Assembly: GCA_041659445.1 (NCBI GenBank)
Contig: JBAZYG010000001.1
Coordinates: forward strand, 454,530 to 486,529
DNA: 32,000 nucleotides
DNA from: Candidatus Saccharimonadota bacterium
GTDB taxonomy: Archaea; Nanobdellota; Nanobdellia; Pacearchaeales; GW2011-AR1
Direction of reading: 5' to 3'
Below the pieces are notes generated by a model. It made no database searches and was not told the origin of the DNA. It saw nothing but the letters and a program-made list of their open reading frames with translations. Positions 18,183 through 25,131 of the stretch are shown here, piece after piece. A program made the translations under genes and the position numbers. Every line of letters begins with the position of its first letter. Positions within the stretch are counted from its first letter, which is position 1.

Positions 18183-18446
18183 ATGACAATCAAAAAATAT
18201 CAATTTAATAATTATGCCTATGGAACATTTTGCAGTGAATTCAGGGAAAATATTGTAGAGAAAAGAGAATTTGATAAAGGATTTTACAACTATAGTATTT
18301 TTAATATAAATAATACCACTGTAACTTTAATGAAAATGGGAACAAATTCAAAAAAAGTTTTAACAATAGGATTGAATGAAAAAGAAATAGATAAAACTAT
18401 TAAATTAATTAAATCAAAAGGATTTCAATTAGAGGAAATAATTTAA
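18183..18446 (+). CDS. Exosome-operon interleaved small protein, paralogue A (87 aa, unknown family)
   Basis: Homologous to ORFs 19832 and 20833: MTxKxY N-terminus, SEF patch, and C-terminal TIGLNEKEIDKTIKLIKSKGFQLEE. It has 1-nt TAA-A-ATG junctions on both sides. Confidence 0.8.
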   Translation: MTIKKYQFNNYAYGTFCSEFRENIVEKREFDKGFYNYSIFNINNTTVTLMKMGTNSKKVLTIGLNEKEIDKTIKLIKSKGFQLEEII

Positions 18447-18447
18447 A

Positions 18448-19119
18448 ATGACTAACACTACTGCGAGAATAAAGAAAAACGGAATTAATTTTGAAATTCT
18501 TGTAGACATGGACAACGCATTAAAATTCAGAAAAGGTGAAATTAATTTTATCAACGCTGAAGGAGACAAAATATTTTCAGATGTAAAAAAAGGTACTGCT
18601 TCATCAAAAGATGATTTAGAAATTGCTTTTAACACTACTGATACTGATGAAATTGCAAAAGTGATTGTAAAACACGGAGACGTTTTAGTTAATCAAGAAC
18701 ATAGAGACGAGGAAAAAGAAAAAAGAATAAGACAAGTTGTTGATTTTTTATCAAAAAATGCTATAGACCCTAAGACAGGACATCCACATTCTCCGAATAG
18801 AATAAGAGATGCACTAGAACAAGCACATGTTAACATAAAAAATGTTCCTATTGAAAATCAAATTTCAGAAATTTTAGAACACATTGCAAAACTAATTCCA
18901 ATAAAAATTGAAACAAAGAAAATAAAAGTTAGAATTCCTGCAATACAAACTGGAAAAGCTTATGGAATTGTAAGCCAATATAAAGGAAGCGAAAAGTGGC
19001 TTGAAAACGGAGATTTAGAAACTATTGTTGAAATTCCTGCTGGCATGATTTTGGATTTTTATGATAAATTAAACTCAATAACACACGGAAGTGCCTTAAC
19101 AGAGGAAATAAAACAATAA
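18448..19119 (+). CDS. sbds: SBDS (Shwachman-Bodian-Diamond) family ribosome maturation protein
   Basis: ARIKKNGINFEILVD... at the N-terminus, 223 aa, in the canonical position after psmA in the archaeal exosome superoperon. Confidence 0.85.
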   Translation: MTNTTARIKKNGINFEILVDMDNALKFRKGEINFINAEGDKIFSDVKKGTASSKDDLEIAFNTTDTDEIAKVIVKHGDVLVNQEHRDEEKEKRIRQVVDFLSKNAIDPKTGHPHSPNRIRDALEQAHVNIKNVPIENQISEILEHIAKLIPIKIETKKIKVRIPAIQTGKAYGIVSQYKGSEKWLENGDLETIVEIPAGMILDFYDKLNSITHGSALTEEIKQ

Positions 19120-19128
19120 AAACGAAAG

Positions 19129-19139
19129 ACATATAAACT
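19129..19139 (+). promoter_or_regulatory. Candidate internal TATA box in the only real gap of the operon
   Basis: acatataaact is centred 25 nt upstream of the rrp4 ATG (19159), within the 39-nt SBDS-rrp4 spacer. Confidence 0.35.
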
Positions 19140-19158
19140 AAAAATAAGACAAACTAAA

Positions 19159-19830
19159 ATGACAGAAAATAAAAGAAGAGCAGCAATACCTGGAGAGATA
19201 ATCGCCGAAGGCGAAGAATATTTACCTGGAGAAAATACTGAAAAAAGAAATAATAAAATTTATTCTTTGAGATATGGATTAATTGAAGAATCAAACAACC
19301 TTGTAAGAATAATTCCTTTATCAGGAATTTACGAACCTCGACGAGGAAATGTAGTTATAGGAAAAGTAGAATTAGTTACATTCAATGGATGGGTTATTGA
19401 TATTGGAACCTCTCAAAATGCTTTTTTGAGTTTATCTGAAGTACCAAGATTTGTTAACAAAGATGAAATAGACGAAGTAATGGACATTGGAGATATGGTT
19501 ATGATAAAAATTGTTTCATCAAACAAAAGAGGAATTGATGCTACAATAAAAGGAAGAGGACTTGGAAAAATAGAAGAAGGAATTATTTTTGATATTAACT
19601 CACATAAAGTTCCAAGAGTAATAGGAAAAGAAGGAAGCATGATTAAATTAATAAAAGACGAGACAAATGCAAATGTCAGCGTCGGACAAAATGGTAAAAT
19701 CTGGATAAAAGGAGACAAAGTTGAAGAAGAACTTTTAGCAAAAAAAGCAATAATGTTCATATCAGAAAGATCTTTTATTTCTGGATTAACTGAAGAAGTA
19801 ATTAAATGGTTCAACGAGAGGAAAAAATAA
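19159..19830 (+). CDS. rrp4: Exosome cap subunit Rrp4 (N-terminal domain + S1 + KH)
   Basis: PGEIIAEGEEYLPGENT, an S1-like VIGKVELVTFNGWVIDIG, and the KH segment VPRVIGKEGSMIKLIKDETNANVSVGQNGKIWIKG. Confidence 0.9.
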   Translation: MTENKRRAAIPGEIIAEGEEYLPGENTEKRNNKIYSLRYGLIEESNNLVRIIPLSGIYEPRRGNVVIGKVELVTFNGWVIDIGTSQNAFLSLSEVPRFVNKDEIDEVMDIGDMVMIKIVSSNKRGIDATIKGRGLGKIEEGIIFDINSHKVPRVIGKEGSMIKLIKDETNANVSVGQNGKIWIKGDKVEEELLAKKAIMFISERSFISGLTEEVIKWFNERKK

Positions 19831-19831
19831 A

Positions 19832-20119
19832 ATGACAACAAAAAATTATAATATCTTTTTAAAAGAAGACTTGAATTTGAAGCAGTGTTATAGCGAATTT
19901 TTTGGAAATTACAGGGATTACATAAAAAAAATTGGAGATGGCTTTACTACCTATGATTTTAAAGATACTGCAATAATTTTATTTGGAAACTTAACAGACA
20001 TAAAACAAATTAGAACAAAGGGCGTTAATAATTTGCATTTAATTGGAACAGAAGATAATATTAAAAAAGTTGTTAAAAGTATAAAATCAAAAGGATTTTC
20101 ATTGGAGGAAATAAATTAA
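19832..20119 (+). CDS. Exosome-operon interleaved small protein, paralogue B (95 aa)
   Basis: Starts MTTKNY, with YSEF and LIGTEDNIKKVVKSIKSKGFSLEE. It is flanked by a perfect 17-nt direct repeat at 19828-19844 and 20117-20133. Confidence 0.8.
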   Translation: MTTKNYNIFLKEDLNLKQCYSEFFGNYRDYIKKIGDGFTTYDFKDTAIILFGNLTDIKQIRTKGVNNLHLIGTEDNIKKVVKSIKSKGFSLEEIN

Positions 20120-20120
20120 A

Positions 20121-20831
20121 ATGACAACAAAAACATTCAAAAGACCAGACGGAAGAAAACCTGAAGAATTAAGACCAATAAAAGCAAAAGTTGGAATTAT
20201 CCCAAATGCCGACGGAAGTGCAATGTATCAATCAGGAGACACAATCGCGATTGCTGCAGTTTATGGTCCAAGAAAAATGCATCCGCAACATCAGCAAGAT
20301 CCGAAAAAAGCTCAATTAAGATGCACTTACAATATGTTAAGTTTCTCAGTTAATGATAGAATTAAACCTGGAACTAGTAGAAGAAGCACTGAAATTAGTA
20401 AAATAACTGAATGGGCTTTAGAACCTGTTTTAATTTTAGACAAATTCCCAAATATGGTTGTAGATGTTTTTATCCAAATAACTCAAGCAGACGCAGGAAC
20501 AAGATGCGCAGGAATAAATGCAGCTTCAATGGCTCTTGCTCATGCAGGAATTCCAATGAAAAATCTTATAACTAGTGTTTCTGTTGGAAAATTAGATAAA
20601 AATTTAGTTGTTGATTTAACTAAAGAAGAAGAAGATTTTGAAGAAGGAGAAGGACCTACAGACATTCCTGTTTCAATGACTCCAGAAGGAGAAATAACAC
20701 ATTTACAATTAGACGGAAAAATAAGTCCAACTCAATTAAAAGAAGCAATTGACATGGCAAAAAAAGCTTGTAATCAAATTTATGAAATTCAAAAAGAAGC
20801 TTTAACAAAATCAATAGAGGAAAAAGGATAA
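20121..20831 (+). CDS. rrp41: Exosome RNase PH-ring subunit Rrp41
   Basis: RPDGRKPEELRPIKAKVGIIPNADGSAMYQSGDTIAIAAVYGPR and QADAGTRCAGINAASMALAHAGIPM are RNase PH domain motifs. Confidence 0.93.
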   Translation: MTTKTFKRPDGRKPEELRPIKAKVGIIPNADGSAMYQSGDTIAIAAVYGPRKMHPQHQQDPKKAQLRCTYNMLSFSVNDRIKPGTSRRSTEISKITEWALEPVLILDKFPNMVVDVFIQITQADAGTRCAGINAASMALAHAGIPMKNLITSVSVGKLDKNLVVDLTKEEEDFEEGEGPTDIPVSMTPEGEITHLQLDGKISPTQLKEAIDMAKKACNQIYEIQKEALTKSIEEKG

Positions 20832-20832
20832 A

Positions 20833-21117
20833 ATGACATATAGAGAATATATCTTAGGTTCAAAAGAGAAAAATTTAGAAGAAACTTATGAAGAATTTTA
20901 TGATACTTACTGGAAGAATAGGCATGCACATTATCATCTTTATAACGATGCTTTATTAGAAGTTTATGATATAAAAGATGTTTCAGTATTAGTGAATCAA
21001 GGTGTAAATACCTTGAATTTGGTAAATCTTAAGATGATTGGATTAGAAAATCTAATTGACGAAGTTGAAAAAGATATAATCAAAAATAAATTTAAATTAA
21101 AAAGAGTAACTAAATAA
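20833..21117 (+). CDS. Exosome-operon interleaved small protein, paralogue C (94 aa, most diverged)
   Basis: Starts MTYREY, with YEEF and MIGLENLIDEVEKDIIKNKFKLKR. It is flanked by ATAAAATGACA at 20828-20838 and 21114-21124. Confidence 0.75.
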   Translation: MTYREYILGSKEKNLEETYEEFYDTYWKNRHAHYHLYNDALLEVYDIKDVSVLVNQGVNTLNLVNLKMIGLENLIDEVEKDIIKNKFKLKRVTK

Positions 21118-21118
21118 A

Positions 21119-21928
21119 ATGACAAACGGAAGCACAACACCATCAACAAATAGAGAAAGAATAAATGAATACTTAAAAAATGGAAAAAGATTTGACGAGA
21201 GAAAACCAGAAGAGTTTAGAGAAATAATTATTGAAAAAAATGTTTCAAAAAAAGCAGAAGGTTCTGTTAAAGTAAAAATGGGAAACACTGAAGTTTTAGT
21301 TGGAATCAAAATGGGAGTTTCAGAACCATATCCTGATTCTTTGGATGAAGGTGTTTTAATGACAACTGCAGAATTATTGCCTTTAAGTTCTGAGAGATTT
21401 GAAAACGGACCTCCAAAATTTCCAGCAATAGAATTAGGAAGAGTTATTGACAGAATTTTAAGAGAAAGTAAATTTATTGATTTAAAAAAATTATGCATTG
21501 AAAAAGGTAAGAAGGTTTGGACTGTTTTTGTAGACATATATTCTTTAAATGACGACGGAAATTTACTAGATGCTGCTGGAATCGGAGCTGTTGTTGCATT
21601 AAGAAATGCGGTACTTCCAAAATATGATGAAAAAGAAGGTAAAATTAATTATGATGAACCTTCAAAAACAAAATTACCTTTAAGTAAAAGCACACCAATC
21701 TCAATAACAATTCATAAAATTGGAAATTCTTTGCTTACAGATCCAACAAGAGAAGAAGAAGACATTAGTGAAACAAGAGTAACTATTGGAATGATGGATA
21801 ATTCAATTTCATCAATGCAAAAAGGAGAATCACAAATTCTAACAATTGATGAAACTAAAAAAATAATTGACATGGCTGAAAAAGTTCATGAAAAGGTTTT
21901 AAAAAGTATAAACAAATATTTAGATTAA
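21119..21928 (+). CDS. rrp42: Exosome RNase PH-ring subunit Rrp42
   Basis: GKRFDERKPEEFREIIIEKNVSKKAEGSVKVKMGNTEVLVGIK. At 269 aa it follows rrp41. Confidence 0.9.
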   Translation: MTNGSTTPSTNRERINEYLKNGKRFDERKPEEFREIIIEKNVSKKAEGSVKVKMGNTEVLVGIKMGVSEPYPDSLDEGVLMTTAELLPLSSERFENGPPKFPAIELGRVIDRILRESKFIDLKKLCIEKGKKVWTVFVDIYSLNDDGNLLDAAGIGAVVALRNAVLPKYDEKEGKINYDEPSKTKLPLSKSTPISITIHKIGNSLLTDPTREEEDISETRVTIGMMDNSISSMQKGESQILTIDETKKIIDMAEKVHEKVLKSINKYLD

Positions 21929-21929
21929 A

Positions 21930-22310
21930 ATGCAAGCAGAAAAATTTACAAAATACGAAAAAGCAAGAATTCTTGGGGCAAGGGCTTTACAAATTGCAAT
22001 GAATGCTCCTTTATTAATTAAAATCAGCAATGAAGATTTGGAAAAAATAAAATTTGATGCGTTGAAAATTGCAGAAATTGAATTAAGTTCTGATGTTTTA
22101 CCAATTTCAATTAAAAAACCATTTCCACAGAAAAAAGAAGAACAACTAAAGAGACCTAAACCTGTAATAATTACTGAAGAAAAGAAAGAAGAAACTGAAT
22201 CTGAAGAAGAAAAAGAAATAATCGAAGAAGGCGAAATCATGGAATTAGCAGAACCTGAAGAAGAAAAAGAAGATTTTGCCGAAGATGATTCTAGTGGTGG
22301 GGAAGAATAA
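21930..22310 (+). CDS. rpoK: RNA polymerase subunit K (Rpb6 homologue) with a ~60-aa acidic C-terminal extension
   Basis: TKYEKARILGARALQIAMNAPLLI...LPISIKK is the RpoK core (about residues 1-64). It is followed by EEKKEETESEEEKEIIEEGEIMELAEPEEEKEDFAEDDSSGGEE. Confidence 0.85.
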   Translation: MQAEKFTKYEKARILGARALQIAMNAPLLIKISNEDLEKIKFDALKIAEIELSSDVLPISIKKPFPQKKEEQLKRPKPVIITEEKKEETESEEEKEIIEEGEIMELAEPEEEKEDFAEDDSSGGEE

Positions 22311-22313
22311 AAC

Positions 22314-22320
22314 TTTTTTT
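22314..22320 (+). terminator. Oligo-T (T7) candidate archaeal intrinsic terminator after rpoK
   Basis: ttttttt begins 4 nt after the rpoK TAA. A 180-nt gap with a new TATA box follows. Confidence 0.45.
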
Positions 22321-22461
22321 AAATTAAATGTATTTGCCCATTTTGTTTTTATTTATTTTAAACCTCCAATCTTGAGATAAATTAATTATTTTTGATTTTT
22401 CAGGATGAAGCTCTAATTTTAATTTACTTTCAAAGAAGTAACAAAATACCTTAAACAAAAA

Positions 22462-22471
22462 CTTATAAATT
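22462..22471 (+). promoter_or_regulatory. Candidate TATA box for eno
   Basis: cttataaatt is centred about 25 nt upstream of the ATG at 22491. Confidence 0.45.
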
Positions 22472-22490
22472 TAGGATTTCTTTTTATTTC

Positions 22491-23657
22491 ATGATAATAA
22501 AAGAAGTGAGTGCCAAATCTATTTTGGATTCACGAAAAGACAAAACAATTCTTGTTAAAATTAAAACAAACGTTGGTGATTTTTCAAGTTCCGCGCCAAA
22601 CGGAAAATCCAAGGGAAAGCACGAAGCAAAACCATATAAAAAATCTCTTGAAAAAGACATTGAAACTTTGAAAAAATTTAAAGATTATTTTTCAAAAGAA
22701 CATCTTGACAAATTTGATGATTTGCGAAGGATTGAAGATATTATAAAAAATGAAATTGGAGCAAACACTCTTTTTGCTTTGGAGTCTGCTTCATTAAAAG
22801 CAATTGCAAAAGAACAAAAAAAAGAAATCTGGCAAATAATTAATGAAAACGCAAAAAAAATACCCAGATTTCTTGGAAATTGTATAGGTGGTGGAATGCA
22901 TAGTAATGAAAAATCTAGTTTAGATAAAAAACCAGATTTCCAAGAATTTTTATTAATTCCAAATGAAAATTCTGCAATTGAAAATTTCAAAAAATTGAAA
23001 TCTGGAAAAGAAGATTCAGAAATCTTCTTGAAAAAATTAGATTCAAATTTCAAATCCAGAAAAAATGATGAAGATGCATGGAATACTTCGTTAGATGACA
23101 AAAGAGTTTTAGAAATTTTAGTAAAATTAAATATTTCTTTGGGTTTAGATGTTGCTTCTTCAAGCTTTTGTAAAAGAAAAAAATATCGATATGAAAATCC
23201 AAAATTAGATAGAACTTCAGAAGAGCAAATGGGTTATTTATCAAATTTAATAAAAAATTTTAACATTTTTTATGTAGAAGATCCATTTAATGAAGAAGAT
23301 TTTGAAAGTTTTTCAAAGCTTTTACAAAAGTTTCCAAAGACTTTAATTGCCGGAGATGATTTAACAGTAACAAATCTTAAAAGATTGAAAAAAGCAATTG
23401 ATGAAAAAAGCATAAATGCATTAATTGTAAAACCAAACCAAAATGGCTCGCTTTTTGAAGTCAAGGAAATATGCGAAATTGCAAAGAAAAATAACATTAA
23501 AATTATTTTTTCACATAGAAGCGGAGAAACAGAAGAAAAAATTCTTTCAGATTTGGCTTTTGGGTTTGAAGCAGATTTTTTAAAATGCGGAATTACAGGA
23601 AAAGAAAGAGAAGTCAAAATAAAAAGATTAATTGAAATTGAAAAAAGTTTGAAATGA
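22491..23657 (+). CDS. eno: Enolase (compact, 388 aa, catalytic residues retained)
   Basis: The motifs align to canonical enolase: ILDSR, APNGKSKGKHEA (Ser of the SGAS loop kept), GGGMHS, QEFLLIP, NDED (acid Glu), LDVASS, VEDPF, GDDLTVTN, VKPNQNGS, SHRSGETE and LKCG. The gene sits in the conserved rpoK-eno-rps2 context. Confidence 0.85.
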   Translation: MIIKEVSAKSILDSRKDKTILVKIKTNVGDFSSSAPNGKSKGKHEAKPYKKSLEKDIETLKKFKDYFSKEHLDKFDDLRRIEDIIKNEIGANTLFALESASLKAIAKEQKKEIWQIINENAKKIPRFLGNCIGGGMHSNEKSSLDKKPDFQEFLLIPNENSAIENFKKLKSGKEDSEIFLKKLDSNFKSRKNDEDAWNTSLDDKRVLEILVKLNISLGLDVASSSFCKRKKYRYENPKLDRTSEEQMGYLSNLIKNFNIFYVEDPFNEEDFESFSKLLQKFPKTLIAGDDLTVTNLKRLKKAIDEKSINALIVKPNQNGSLFEVKEICEIAKKNNIKIIFSHRSGETEEKILSDLAFGFEADFLKCGITGKEREVKIKRLIEIEKSLK

Positions 23658-24343
23658 AAATAAAAGAAATTCTCAAAAGATTACCTGTTCTTCCTGTAAC
23701 AGCATTAGTATTTTATTCAATCATTCTTTTACTATGGAACATTGATTTAATTCCATCTCCAACAATAATCGTCAAATTTTTAGAAAATCTTTATGATAAA
23801 TATGGACTTTTTGGTTTATTTCTTTCTTCTTTTTTAGAAGGTATTGTTTATTTGGGATTATATTTTCCTGGCTCTTTTATTATTGCATTGGCTGTTTTTC
23901 TTTCTAATGGAAGTTTTATTTCTTTACTTTTAATAAGCATTTATGTTGCAACAGCCTTAACAATAACCTCTTTTATAAATTATTTTTTAGGCAGACTTAT
24001 TTCTTCGCATAAATACAAAGGAAATAAATATCCCAAGAAAGTTGGCAAGGCATTATTTTTATCTATGATTCATCCAAACATTCTTGCTTTTTATTTTTTC
24101 AATCAAGGAATTGAGAGAAAAAAATTATGGAAAATAATTTTTGTTCCAATTATAATGATTCCTTATGGATTCATTGTTGCAGAAATTTTATATTTAATAT
24201 CTAGTTTTGCTAAACAAAAAATTGAAAACCCCTTATTTATATTTCTTTTAATTCTTCTTTGGTTAATGATTGCAATTATATTAAATTATGATAAAAAAAT
24301 AAAAAATACTTCTGAAAATTTAAAAAAAGAATTTAAAGTTTAA
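23654..24343 (+). CDS. Polytopic membrane protein, DedA/VTT-domain-like
   Basis: Several TM helices are present. FLEGIVYLGLYFPGS has the same E-x9-PG spacing as the DedA signature. It has an ATGA overlap with the eno stop. Confidence 0.5.
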   Translation: MKIKEILKRLPVLPVTALVFYSIILLLWNIDLIPSPTIIVKFLENLYDKYGLFGLFLSSFLEGIVYLGLYFPGSFIIALAVFLSNGSFISLLLISIYVATALTITSFINYFLGRLISSHKYKGNKYPKKVGKALFLSMIHPNILAFYFFNQGIERKKLWKIIFVPIIMIPYGFIVAEILYLISSFAKQKIENPLFIFLLILLWLMIAIILNYDKKIKNTSENLKKEFKV

Positions 24344-24388
24344 CTTCAACATATAAATCTTTAAAAATAATGGGTTAATTATTAGGAT

Positions 24389-24607
24389 ATGGTAAAACTT
24401 GAAATAAAAATATCTGAAAAAAGTTTCGGAGAAAGAATGAAATCCTATTTAAATAATAAATCAATATGTGATAAAAAAGGACATATCCCAAAAAAAGAAA
24501 TAACTGCTCATAATAGTGTTGGAAGAACAACAGAATATTTTACTTGTGAAAGGTGTGGGATTCCTTATCATTTTGATAAAAGCCCATATGGCTTAAATAA
24601 ACATTAA
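24389..24607 (+). CDS. Small putative zinc-binding protein (C-x4-H...C-x2-C), paralogue 1
   Basis: ICDKKGHIPKKEITAHNSVGRTTEYFTCERCGIPY shares this module with ORF 24659. Confidence 0.6.
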   Translation: MVKLEIKISEKSFGERMKSYLNNKSICDKKGHIPKKEITAHNSVGRTTEYFTCERCGIPYHFDKSPYGLNKH

Positions 24608-24627
24608 TTTGATTTTTTGAATATAAA

Positions 24628-24640
24628 TTTTTATAAATAG
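24628..24640 (+). promoter_or_regulatory. Candidate TATA box for ORF 24659
   Basis: tttttataaatag is centred about 25 nt upstream of the ATG at 24659. Confidence 0.45.
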
Positions 24641-24658
24641 AGTTTTATTTAATTTTTT

Positions 24659-25066
24659 ATGAACAAATTAGAAACAAGATTAAAAAGAGAAATAAATCAT
24701 TTAAGAGTAGAATTAAAAAAAACAAATAATTCTAAAGAAATATTTCTAAATGAAAAGCAAAAAAAAGAATATGAAGAATGGAATTCTTCAGAAAATGTTA
24801 AAAAAGAAAATATTTCTGCTTACAAAGATGAAAAAGATTATTTAATTAGAGAATTAAAATATGAAATAAATTCTACGAAACAGAAAATATTTAATTTAAT
24901 TTGTGAAGAAAAAGGACATGCATATAATATAAAAAATGAATGGTTTAATGATGGTAAAATAATATCTGGAATTTGTGAAAGATGTAAATCACCTTATGAT
25001 AGATATTTAACACAAGAAGAAATAGAAAACTGGAACAATGAATTAAAAGGACATTTTATAATTTAA
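24659..25066 (+). CDS. Coiled-coil + putative zinc-binding protein (C-x4-H...C-x2-C), paralogue 2
   Basis: LICEEKGHAYNIKNEWFNDGKIISGICERCKSPY follows an N-terminal K/E-rich helix. Confidence 0.6.
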   Translation: MNKLETRLKREINHLRVELKKTNNSKEIFLNEKQKKEYEEWNSSENVKKENISAYKDEKDYLIRELKYEINSTKQKIFNLICEEKGHAYNIKNEWFNDGKIISGICERCKSPYDRYLTQEEIENWNNELKGHFII

Positions 25067-25100
25067 AATCACTAATTAACTCCTTAAATTCAATTGAAAA

Positions 25101-25112
25101 CCTTTTTAAACT
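25101..25112 (+). promoter_or_regulatory. Candidate TATA box for rps2
   Basis: cctttttaaact is centred about 25 nt upstream of the ATG at 25132. Confidence 0.4.
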
Positions 25113-25131
25113 AATTTTTCTCTAATTCATC

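Noticed and set aside
22328-22375. 15-codon hydrophobic mini-ORF (MYLPILFLFILNLQS) in the rpoK-eno spacer.
   Set aside because: It has no promoter or coupling context and lies after the oligo-T terminator. In AT-rich sequence such an ORF is expected by chance.
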